A DNA stretch of 62,929 nucleotides, counting the filler, from Theionarchaea archaeon (lineage in GTDB: Archaea > Methanobacteriota_B > Thermococci > Methanofastidiosales > SZ-28-30), in NCBI GenBank assembly GCA_018992565.1. It is 6 parts of 6 records of this genome, joined end to end, with 100 filler letters (N's around TTAATTAATTAA, not from the genome) between each part and the next. Parts side by side here need not be neighbours in the genome. Positions count along the whole stretch, not along the records: positions 1 to 12,571 come from JACVGW010000078.1; 5 more parts are not named here. The stretch is one strand, 5' to 3'. The notes under the pieces were generated by a model that did no database searches, was not told the DNA's origin, and saw only the letters and a list, made by a program, of their open reading frames with translations. The translations under genes were made by a program, and so were the position numbers. This document shows positions 1 to 9,203 of the stretch, in pieces. Each line of letters opens with the position of its first letter. The stretch's first letter is position 1.

Positions 1-417
1 GCAAAGAGTATTGGGATAATGGAAGACTGGCATCCCATCACTGATGTAGATCTCTCAGATGTGACACTGAAGAGAGGTACTGTGGTGTTTCTCAATGCCT
101 GTGATTCAGGATTACACAAGTATACGAAAGGCGGCTACTTTCAAGGACTATCGGCAGTCTTCTTGAAGAATGGAGCACATGCAGTCATATCTTCGTTAAT
201 TCCCCTTTTTGATGACGAATCGAAGGATTTTGCCATCAGATTTTATAAGAACCTCCTAGAAACTCATTCTGTATCCCGCTCTCTGAGAGAAGCTAGAATC
301 GCCATCAGAGACATGTACAAAGACCAGATACATTGGATACCCTATGTTCACTACGGATCGCCCTTTTTGGAGATAGATCCCACGTCTAAATCGATGCAAA
401 AACCAGGGCTCCCATGA
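1..417 (+). CDS. CHAT (caspase-like) domain protein, C-terminal part; 5' end lies outside the window
   Basis: VVFLNACDSG catalytic-Cys motif, followed by GLSAVFLKNGA, FAIRFYKNL, SLREAR and WIPYVHYG, all typical of the CHAT C-terminal half. The frame is open back to base 1. Confidence 0.85.
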   Translation, partial: AKSIGIMEDWHPITDVDLSDVTLKRGTVVFLNACDSGLHKYTKGGYFQGLSAVFLKNGAHAVISSLIPLFDDESKDFAIRFYKNLLETHSVSRSLREARIAIRDMYKDQIHWIPYVHYGSPFLEIDPTSKSMQKPGLP

Positions 418-907
418 TCCCCGTGCAGACTATTGCGAAGAGAAGAAGTGCTGTTGCTGTCAAGAGGTATTTGTATTTTTTCCTGTTGATTTTGTCAGTA
501 GCCTGGAGAGCCTCGAATGTCTGCATTATCAGATGGGGCACGCTCAATTCCGCTTCGCCATTCAACACCTTCTGGATAAATTCCTCAGATTGAACTGCAG
601 GAGCTCTCTTGTACATGGTGATCCTGAAAGAGCAGAGAGCACAAATAGAAGAAAGGACATAAGAGAGGAATACCAGGACTACAAACCATTTCATGTATGA
701 GAAGTAGGGAGAAAGGTACAGATACTCCCTGGAACTTTCATCTCGAGCTACAAAGGTTATCAGGACTGCCTGAATGCTGTTGATGATACCATCAAATTCC
801 AGAAGATTATGTGCTCTGCCCGTAAGATATTCTGTCCGATGTCTAGCATCAGCAAATTGAGAGAGAATGATCTCATAGAGCCATGCTTCATGAATCTCTT
901 CTTTCAT
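386..907 (-). CDS. Three-TM membrane protein resembling Pycsar effector/DUF5706-type proteins
   Basis: N-terminal helix RAHNLL with TM1, a second TM (WFVVLVFLSYVLSSICALCSF), and a C-terminal INRKKYKYLL followed by TM3. Confidence 0.5.
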   Translation of the reverse strand: MKEEIHEAWLYEIILSQFADARHRTEYLTGRAHNLLEFDGIINSIQAVLITFVARDESSREYLYLSPYFSYMKWFVVLVFLSYVLSSICALCSFRITMYKRAPAVQSEEFIQKVLNGEAELSVPHLIMQTFEALQATDKINRKKYKYLLTATALLLFAIVCTGIMGALVFASI

Positions 908-911
908 GATT

Positions 912-1037
912 CTACTCTGGCATTCTCACTGAATCTACGTAGTAGCACCAGCCTTCGTCATAGTAGCAGCACTTTTGATATCCCCTCATGGAAAGTGGGC
1001 ATTCTTTACCATCAATAACTCTGCATCTATTAACCAT
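912..1037 (-). CDS. Unannotated 41-aa Cys-rich microprotein (MVNRCRVIDGKECPLSMRGYQKCCYYDEGWCYYVDSVRMPE)
   Basis: Translated by hand. GGAAGTGA Shine-Dalgarno lies 4 nt before the ATG at 1037. The TAG at 912-914 is 4 nt before the ATG of the 3TM gene, so the ORF fills the intergenic gap. Confidence 0.65.
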   Translation of the reverse strand: MVNRCRVIDGKECPLSMRGYQKCCYYDEGWCYYVDSVRMPE

Positions 1038-1048
1038 CTAGTCACTTC

Positions 1049-3265
1049 CTATGCATTGAACCCCTCCAGAACCTTGTGAACCCTTAAGAATCTGGATATT
1101 TCATGTTGAGTTCTATGAAAAGAAATTTCCGTGAGATTTCCACAATTCAACTGGCACACACGTATGGGGCTGGCCTCAAATGGTAGCACATCTTTTTCCA
1201 ACATTCCTCCCAACCTAATGCTCTGGAATTCAACGGGGAGGAGAATAAGTCTCCAAGCATGCGTATGGTTCTGTTCCTGATCCTTTAGAGTGAGTTCCAG
1301 CAGACCTGTCAGGTAAGAGCACATATTCTTATGCAGTCTCTTGACTGTAATTTCGTCCAAGATCTGCTTTGTGGGAGGTAATACAGGACCGATAGTTTCA
1401 ATATAATCTCCAATCTTGGCAAAATTGACTCCACCGCCCCTATATATCTTCCTCACTTCGTCAGTTCCCCTTTCTTCTGTTTTTTCGCAGTAATATCCCC
1501 CATCGCCAAAAGAATTGGAGTATTCTCGCCATATTTCACTGCACTCTCGACCTTTCCATGCTTTGAGACAATCTGCCTGTGCCGTATCAATGAACTTCGA
1601 AAATAGGCACATGTCACAATGAGGTTTGTACCACTGAGCGAGTGCAAGGGAGAGATAAACCTGTCGCAACTCGACATACTGATGGCCTGTGTTCACCTCA
1701 TCTACAACGAGAGGGAGAACGAGGTTCTTTTCGACTTCCATTGCATACTGCCCATATTCTTTTGCTGCCTCATCAAGGGACTCTTCACATTCCGAAGACA
1801 GAGAAGTGGGCTGGAATCTGATGTCGTAAGTTGAGTACTCAGATACTGGATCAGAATAAATGTCAAGAATCGCTTCTTCAATGTAGATCTCATGTTCATC
1901 TCCATACGCTGTAATTGTCCCTGGGACTATCCAGTATCTTGTTGCTGCACCAAAGAAAACGTTATCAACACTCTGTATTTCAGGATATTCCTTCATGCAT
2001 TCTATTACCAGCTCTTCTCTTTTTTCCTCCAGAAGCGCCCAGTACGTGTCTCCAATCTCACTCTCACAGGGATTCTCGTACCTGCAGAAATCCTTCTTCA
2101 TCTGGAGGTCAGCCTCCAACATGATTCTCCCTATCATTGTGGAGCACATGCTGCTGGTAGCAATTCTTTCAGGCTCTTCTGGGTGGAGGTTGACCCAGAA
2201 CGTATCATCGGAGAGACTGAGACCTGTCAGGAAATAGACAAGCGATGCTGCTTCGCTGGTTGCAAGATCCGCCACCATCTGGCCAGGTTCTGCTGCTCTT
2301 GTTCTTAGAGTGTACTGAAATCTGTAATCAGTCCCTCCTTGTGTGGTGGTTGCAGCTTCTGAAATGTGAATGAGTTGGCCTGGGACATATCTCTCCCTCT
2401 CTCCTTCTTGATTCAGTGTGCTTCGAATGTCTAGTAACCTGACCGCTGGATCCAAGAAATAGCAGTAGTTGGCACGGTTTGAGAAGCTCTTGAGTGGCTC
2501 AAGTCTCAGAGTTCGAGGGAATCCAGATGCTGATTCCTCTTCCAGCCAGTCATCTATCGTGCGTGTTCCTTTGCTTAATGAATAGGATACATCTGCCCAG
2601 TCAACATTCTCAGTAACTCCTGCACCGTCCGTTCCCCCATGTGGCGGCAGGTCTTTGCCGCCCATCTCCAGTGCTGAGATGAGTGCTTCTTCCGCGAGGT
2701 TCATGGGCATACCATCTGCTGTGGTTGCCGCAATCCCTGGTTCGGGAAAAAATGTATGAGTCCCGCATTCAAGAAAAACGTGCAATTCTCCCTGAATGCC
2801 CTCTTCAGTATATCTCCCGATGACCAGCCACCCGTACTGCCAGTAGACAGCCACCATATCCCTGGTAGACCTGTTCAAGAGAACTGTCACGCCTTCAACA
2901 TCCGCACTATAGAGAATGTCCTCACTAAAGAGCAGAAAATAATGAGAGACATCCCATATATCACCAGAGTGGTCTGTGAACTCATCAGTGATGCAGACAG
3001 GTTCGAACTCTGTCAGTTTCTCCTTGCTATCAAAATGAAGTATCACAGAGGGAACCTTCGCCGTTGGGGAAAGAATAGTAACACAACCTGGCGAAATAAG
3101 ACTCACAATGAGCAGAGCAATGACGATGATCCTCCCGGTTTGTCCCGCACACTTTCCACGTCCGGTCCCCCTCTTTTGATGGACCATGGGGCATCCCATT
3201 ACTGATAGGGTTACCCTCACTGAAGCAAAGTTCACTTCAGATCCCTCCTCACTCAGCAGTACCAT
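1049..3265 (-). CDS. Large putative lipoprotein with a conserved FWVNL..GRIMLEADLQMKKD (DUF1598-like) core; true start may be 3199 or 3187
   Basis: 738-aa ORF with a hydrophobic signal ending ISPGC, plus motifs FWVNLHP, EADLQMKKD, RYWIVP, LRQVYLSLALAQWYK and GGVNF. Confidence 0.65.
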   Translation of the reverse strand: MVLLSEEGSEVNFASVRVTLSVMGCPMVHQKRGTGRGKCAGQTGRIIVIALLIVSLISPGCVTILSPTAKVPSVILHFDSKEKLTEFEPVCITDEFTDHSGDIWDVSHYFLLFSEDILYSADVEGVTVLLNRSTRDMVAVYWQYGWLVIGRYTEEGIQGELHVFLECGTHTFFPEPGIAATTADGMPMNLAEEALISALEMGGKDLPPHGGTDGAGVTENVDWADVSYSLSKGTRTIDDWLEEESASGFPRTLRLEPLKSFSNRANYCYFLDPAVRLLDIRSTLNQEGERERYVPGQLIHISEAATTTQGGTDYRFQYTLRTRAAEPGQMVADLATSEAASLVYFLTGLSLSDDTFWVNLHPEEPERIATSSMCSTMIGRIMLEADLQMKKDFCRYENPCESEIGDTYWALLEEKREELVIECMKEYPEIQSVDNVFFGAATRYWIVPGTITAYGDEHEIYIEEAILDIYSDPVSEYSTYDIRFQPTSLSSECEESLDEAAKEYGQYAMEVEKNLVLPLVVDEVNTGHQYVELRQVYLSLALAQWYKPHCDMCLFSKFIDTAQADCLKAWKGRECSEIWREYSNSFGDGGYYCEKTEERGTDEVRKIYRGGGVNFAKIGDYIETIGPVLPPTKQILDEITVKRLHKNMCSYLTGLLELTLKDQEQNHTHAWRLILLPVEFQSIRLGGMLEKDVLPFEASPIRVCQLNCGNLTEISFHRTQHEISRFLRVHKVLEGFNA

Positions 3266-3368
3266 TACCTATAACAGTCAGTTCCTCTTCAGAGAACCTA
3301 TCTATATAAACGTTTGTGCCACATGATACAAGTGACAAGATTTTGGAGCCTGGACTGGCCACGCAGGC

Positions 3369-4301
3369 TTGGCTATCCACAGGAATGACACAACCTCAAC
3401 AGGAAGAGGTGATACTATAGGTCTGGTGTTTGACATCAAGCGATTTGCAGTCCATGATGGACCCGGCATCCGTACCACGGTCTTTCTCAAGGGATGCCCT
3501 CTTACCTGTGGCTGGTGTCACAATCCGGAAGGGAAAAATCCACATATAGAATTGAGCTGGCGAAAAGAACGGTGCACTGGCTGCGGGAGCTGCCAGGATG
3601 CCTGTCCCAACAATGCTATTCACTATAGAGACCGCCCAGAATTGAATAAGACTCTGTGTGACCTTTGCGGAGCGTGTGTAGACGTCTGCCCATCTGAGGC
3701 TTTAGAACTGGTGGGAACATCAATGACAGAAGTCCAAGTCCTCGACTACATAAAGAAAGACATTCCCTTTTACGACCAATCCCGGGGAGGGGCAACTTTT
3801 TCAGGAGGAGAGCCTCTGGCACAGCCCGAATTCCTGTACAGCCTGCTGAAAGCCTGTAAGAAACAGGAAATCCACACCACGGTAGACACATGTGGATATG
3901 CACCTCAAGAAGACCTCCTGAAGATTACTGAGTATACAGACCTGTTCCTGTATGACATAAAGGCTGTATCTGACAAGATTCACCTGAGGGAGACGGGTGT
4001 CTCAAACAGAATCATTTTACAGAACCTGGGAATCCTCGCTCCCGACAAGGTTATTGCCAGAATCCCCTTTATCCCCGGAGTGAATGATTCTATTAAAGAA
4101 ATTGAGGAGCTTGCCAACCTGATTTCTTCGCATCGTATTGACAGAGTTACCCTCCTGCCGTATCATAGAGGGGGCGTAGAAAAAGCTAAAAGACTGGTTG
4201 CTGTAGAAAGTGTAGTATTTGAACCTCCTTCATCAGATACAATACAGAAAGCCCTGGCAGTACTGCAGGACTATGGATTGAAGGCTCAGGTAGGAGGATG
4301 A
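3369..4301 (+). CDS. Glycyl-radical enzyme activating protein (radical SAM with ferredoxin insert)
   Basis: HDGPGIRTTVFLKGCPLTCGWCHNPE, two CxxCxxCxxxCP motifs and FSGGEP; directly upstream of the glycyl-radical enzyme. Confidence 0.95.
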   Translation: MAIHRNDTTSTGRGDTIGLVFDIKRFAVHDGPGIRTTVFLKGCPLTCGWCHNPEGKNPHIELSWRKERCTGCGSCQDACPNNAIHYRDRPELNKTLCDLCGACVDVCPSEALELVGTSMTEVQVLDYIKKDIPFYDQSRGGATFSGGEPLAQPEFLYSLLKACKKQEIHTTVDTCGYAPQEDLLKITEYTDLFLYDIKAVSDKIHLRETGVSNRIILQNLGILAPDKVIARIPFIPGVNDSIKEIEELANLISSHRIDRVTLLPYHRGGVEKAKRLVAVESVVFEPPSSDTIQKALAVLQDYGLKAQVGG

Positions 4302-4302
4302 T

Positions 4303-6209
4303 ATGTTATCAGAGAGAGTCAAGAACCTAAGGGAAGAGAGTATTACCACAAAGCCTTATATTTCTGCAGAGAGAGCTGAATTACTTACCGATTTCTATAT
4401 GAATGAACAGGAGTTGCATCCTATCCCTGTCACTCGTGCTCTGGCATTCAGGTACATCCTAAAGAACAAAAGCATGTACATCGGAGATGGAGAACTCATT
4501 GTAGGAGAGAGAGGGCCTGCTCCGCGGGCAACACCTACCTATCCTGAACTATGCTGCCATACCATACAGGACTTGGAGGTTCTCTCATCAAGGGGGAAAA
4601 CGCAATTCGAGGTTTCAGACGATGTCAAGAGACTCTACAAAGAAAAGATCATACCCTTCTGGACTAAGAAGACTATGCGGGAACGGGTATTCCGGTCAGT
4701 ATCACCTCGGTGGAAGAATGCGTTCGATGCAGGAGTGTTTACTGAATTCATGGAGCAAAGAGCCCCCGGTCATGCCATCCTGGACAATAAAATATACTGG
4801 AAAGGGCTCCTGGATTTCAAAGAAGAAATTGAAGATGCACTGAGTAACCTGGACTACTACACGGACGGTGAGGCCTACTGGAAGGAACAGGAACTCAAAG
4901 CCATGACCATTGTAGCTGATGCACTCATGGATTTTGCAGGAAGACATGCTGAAAAAGCTCGGGAATTGGCAGAAGAGGAAAAGGATCCCCGGAGAACCCA
5001 GGAGCTTGAAATGATTGGCGAGGTTTGCTCTCATGTACCTGCACATCGACCCCGCACGTTCTGGGAAGCTCTTCAAATGTACTGGTTCATCCACCTGGGA
5101 GTGATTACAGAACTAAACGTGTGGGATTCTTTCAATCCAGGAAGACTCGATCAGCATTTATACCCTTTTTACAAAGAGGATCTGGAAAATAATGTAATTA
5201 CGGGAGAATTTGCCAGGGAACTGCTGGAGTGCTTCTGGATCAAGGTCAATAACCAGCCAGCCCCACCCAAGGTAGATGTCACTGAAGAACAGAGTGGGAC
5301 CTACCAGGATTTTGCCTTAATCAATGTTGGAGGGGTCACAAAAGACGGCAACGACGCAGTAAACGAACTCTCCTATGTGATCCTGGACATCATTGAAGAA
5401 ATGCGGCTCATCCAGCCCAGTTCCTGCATCCAGCTCTCAAGCAAGAGTGAGGAGAGATTCCTGAAAAGGGCCCTCCGTATCGTGAAGACTGGGTTTGGCC
5501 AGCCTTCTATCTTTAATACAGATGTCATTATACAGGAATTCTTGCGCATGGGGAAATCAGTTGAAGATGCCCGCGATGGTGGACCCAGTGGATGTGTCAC
5601 TGTCAGTGCCTTCGGGAAGGAAAGCTGCATTCTCACAGGGTATATGAACTGGCCCAGAATCCTTGAAATCACATTGAATAACGGAGTTGATCCTCAAACG
5701 GGGAACCTCATAGGCATAAGAACGGGAGACCCTGCTCAGTTTGCCTCTTTTGACCAGATGATGGAAGCGTATAAAACGCAGTTGAAGTATTTCGTGGATT
5801 TAAAGATTAAGCATAACAATATCATTGAGCGCCTGTATGCAGAGTGGATGCCTGCACCTTTTCTGTCGTTACTGGTTGATGACTGTATCAAGAAGGGGAA
5901 AGACTACCATAATGGAGGCCCACGGTATAATTCTACCTATATTCAGGGAGTGGGCATCGGTACAGCAACAGATTCGCTTACTGCCGTGAAGTACTGCGTA
6001 TTTGATGAGAACGTCATGACCATGCATGAACTACTGGATAGCCTGAGCAGAAATTTCGAAGGATGTGAAAGAGTGAAGCACCTGCTTGTGCATGCTCCCA
6101 AGTACGGGAATGATCTTGAGTATGCTGATAGTATAGCCAGGGACATCTTTGAGATGTACTTCGACATGGTGGATGGACGACCCAACACCAAAGGGGGGGA
6201 GTACCGGGT
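4303..6209 (+). CDS. hypD: Glycyl-radical enzyme, trans-4-hydroxy-L-proline dehydratase (HypD)-like; 3' part lost in a scaffold gap
   Basis: FTEFMEQRAPGH, ELNVWD..PGRLDQ, NNQPAPPKV, SGC and PKYGND match the HypD clade. The glycyl loop is not sequenced, and the catalytic Glu is replaced by Thr (see findings). Confidence 0.8.
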
Positions 6210-6309
6210 NNNNNNNNNNNNNNNNNNNNNNNNNNNNNNNNNNNNNNNNNNNNNNNNNNNNNNNNNNNNNNNNNNNNNNNNNNNNNNNNNNNNNNNNNNN
6301 NNNNNNNNN

Positions 6310-6945
6310 CACCCCCTGGTAAGACCACTGTATGGATTTCTAAAGGAATGTAATGACAGCCCTCTCACAAGAGAGGTTCTGGACTGTGGTGCAGGAGGAT
6401 CCCGCCCGCCTCTTACTCTTTTCTATGAGCACGGGTACAGTGTGTATGGGATTGACATAACTCCCCAGCAAGTTGAGCTTGCCCAGGAATATTGCATGAA
6501 AGCCCACATCACCCTGCCCATTATGCTGGGAGACGCGCGACACATACCCTTCAAGGATGAATCAATGAGTTTCATCTATTCTGTGAACACCCTGTGCCAT
6601 CTATCGAAGAGAGATACTGCCGCTGTAATGCAGGAGATAGAACGAGTTCTCAGGAAAGAGGGACTCTGTTTCGTCAATTTTGTCTCTGTAGATGATTGTG
6701 GGTTTGGGCGCGGGAAAGAAGTCTCCGTGGGCGAATTTATCCAGGAAGAAGAATGGTACTCTGGCATCAAAAAAGAAGGACATATATGCAGCTATTACGA
6801 AGATTCTGAACCAGATCCATACTTTGAACCCTTCGAAATTCTTCGGAAGGAAAAGAGAATTACTGAACTTGTCATAGAGAAAACTCACCCTGAAGGTGGC
6901 GACTGGCAAATGGCTGATATATGCTATACAGCACGGAAACTGTGA
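6310..6945 (+). CDS. Class I SAM-dependent methyltransferase, 5'-truncated by the gap
   Basis: VLDCGAGG, YGIDIT, GDARHIPF and LRKEGLCFVNF. Confidence 0.85.
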   Translation, partial: HPLVRPLYGFLKECNDSPLTREVLDCGAGGSRPPLTLFYEHGYSVYGIDITPQQVELAQEYCMKAHITLPIMLGDARHIPFKDESMSFIYSVNTLCHLSKRDTAAVMQEIERVLRKEGLCFVNFVSVDDCGFGRGKEVSVGEFIQEEEWYSGIKKEGHICSYYEDSEPDPYFEPFEILRKEKRITELVIEKTHPEGGDWQMADICYTARKL

Positions 6946-7053
6946 CTGAGATTCCATTAATTCAACAGATAGTGTATTGTTCTTGTTCATGACTCAGTGG
7001 AGATGGTTGCAAAAGGTTTTTAGCTGCATTGTCAGAAGTAATGCGGTGATTGC

Positions 7054-8280
7054 ATGGCCAGGTACCGAGAGTATAATCCGCAGAGGGACAGAGAAAGTGT
7101 TCATCGCATCTGGAGAGAAATAGGCTGGCTGCAAGAGGGTCAGGAAGAAGCTGCTGATACCCTTATTGGCGGAGGTCGCGCCGTAGTTGCAGAGGTTCAA
7201 GGTGAAGCGGAATGTCTCGTTGCCACAGTTCCTGGCTCTATAAGGTACGTAAAAGATGATCTTCCTTTTTCAAACGTGGCAAGTGTGGGAACCAGCAGAA
7301 TCGCTCGAAAGCAGGGACTGGCAAAAGGATTGACTGCTGCAGCCATTGCACATGATGCAGCCCAGGGCAAAGCAGTATGCGGATTGGGTATGTTTGAACA
7401 GGGATTTTACAACATGCTAGGGTTTGGTACTGGGAGCTATGAGAAATGGGCAGCTCTAGACCCCAGGAGCATACGAGTGAAGGCAGAGGCAGGTATTCCT
7501 TCTCGGCTGACTGTGAAAGACTGGGAGAAGGTCTACCAATCCCGTCTCAACAGGGTGAGGGGCCATGGTGCCTGTAACATTCATGCTCCAGAATGCACAC
7601 GGGGAGAAATGGCATGGCTGAAGAACAGCTTTGGTCTGGGTTACTTCAGGAATGGACAGCTCACTCACCATATCTGGTTCAACACAGAGAAAGTGGAACG
7701 GGGACCATATAATGTGGAATGGATGGCATATCAAACGTACCAGCAGTTCTGTGAGCTCATGGCATTGATTAAGACCCTGGAAGACCAGGTCCGTCTGGTG
7801 ACATTACGAGAACCTCCCTCTATCCAGGTACAGGATCTTCTTGAGAGCCCCTTCAGAATCCGCCAGCTGACAGAAAAATCTGCATATGAAAATCGTATGC
7901 AGGCAAACGCCTACTGGCAGATGAGAATACTAGACCTTGAAGAATGCATGAAAAAAACTCATCTCCCCCATGGTGAAGTCACTTTCAACTTGGTGCTTTC
8001 AGATCCGATAGAGAGCTTAGTTCCCGCTGATGCAGCATGGAAAGGAATATCAGGAAACTACAGAGTCAGGCTGGGATCCTGTTCCTTTGCAGAAGAGGGA
8101 AAAGATGAAACACTCCCTACGTTGAAAGCTTCAGTGGGTGCATTTACCCGCCTCTGGTTGGGAGTCCGCCCTGCATCCAGTCTTGCAGCCACAGATGACG
8201 TACATGGGGCCCAAGAACTTCTGGAAGACCTGGATCAGATCGTGTGCGTACCTGAACCTCACCCTGATTGGGATTTCTAG
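7054..8280 (+). CDS. Eis-like GNAT acetyltransferase
   Basis: ARKQGLA and FYNMLGFG acetyl-CoA motifs in a 408-aa protein with an Eis-like layout. Confidence 0.75.
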   Translation: MARYREYNPQRDRESVHRIWREIGWLQEGQEEAADTLIGGGRAVVAEVQGEAECLVATVPGSIRYVKDDLPFSNVASVGTSRIARKQGLAKGLTAAAIAHDAAQGKAVCGLGMFEQGFYNMLGFGTGSYEKWAALDPRSIRVKAEAGIPSRLTVKDWEKVYQSRLNRVRGHGACNIHAPECTRGEMAWLKNSFGLGYFRNGQLTHHIWFNTEKVERGPYNVEWMAYQTYQQFCELMALIKTLEDQVRLVTLREPPSIQVQDLLESPFRIRQLTEKSAYENRMQANAYWQMRILDLEECMKKTHLPHGEVTFNLVLSDPIESLVPADAAWKGISGNYRVRLGSCSFAEEGKDETLPTLKASVGAFTRLWLGVRPASSLAATDDVHGAQELLEDLDQIVCVPEPHPDWDF

Positions 8281-8402
8281 GAGTACACCAGTTTCAGTAT
8301 TCTGCTTTTCCTGGAATCCTCATGTCCTGAAAGGTTCATTGCCAATTCTCTCACACCAGTCCCACATTCCCATTCAGGTTTTCTGCACTATGGTATCCAC
8401 TG

Positions 8403-8749
8403 TTAGAACTTCAACATTGTCTCTCGTATCTGACGAAAGAGAAATCTTTGGAATATGGCTGCTGCCATTGCAATCAATCCAGTCAAAATCCCGAAAAGGA
8501 CCAGTAGTGGCACAACAATGGGTATCAGAATATGAAAATGAGTGCAACCAGGCAGAATCCGAGAAAGACGGCCTGAAATGCTCTCTTTGGAGACAATTCT
8601 GAAAGGATTCCTGTGCACAGTCCGAAAGCCAGCGGAAGGGTCCAACTCCATATGCCCACGATGTCATCCAGTCCGTAGAACCACAGGAACCACCCCAGTA
8701 TGACTGCCACAATCCATGAAACCATGTACCATTTTGATTCCGTATTCAC
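8403..8749 (-). pseudogene. Small multi-TM membrane protein split by a one-base frameshift near 8525
   Basis: The hydrophobic ORF at 8749-8525 continues in another frame as LIPIVVPLLVLFGILTGLIAMAAAIF. Confidence 0.55.
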
Positions 8750-9203
8750 CTGCGTGATTCATAGTATCCGCCACTTCTTTCTGTATCATCTTCTTCACTG
8801 TTATTCACTAAGGTTACTGCTCTCCGGCTCTACATGACTAAGCGAGTATCATCATGGAGTTGTGAGATTTCCTGTACCAATCTGCCCATATTATGACGCA
8901 ATTCATATTATTTCTGCTAAGAGAAAGATAACCTTATATAGATACCCCAATTGTGAAAAGTAATATCTTTCGTTAAATATTTGGATATGAAATGTGGTAA
9001 TATATAATTCTGGAGATTAATATGAAATGTAATAAGATTTTCTTTATATAAAATTTAATTCAGTTCCATAAATGTACTGAAATCAGATATAAAGTTATAG
9101 AACATGTATAATGACGAAATGTTTATATATATGGAATAAATAATAATATAAGAGAAATAAACATGCTGCTAAAAGCAGGGCAAAAGAGACAGGAGGTGAC
9201 ATA

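Noticed and set aside
4303..6945. Apparent fusion of the glycyl-radical enzyme with a methyltransferase (880 aa)
   Set aside because: The ORF caller read through a 100-N gap. The GRE still lacks its C-terminal glycyl domain, which cannot fit in 100 nt, so these are two genes.
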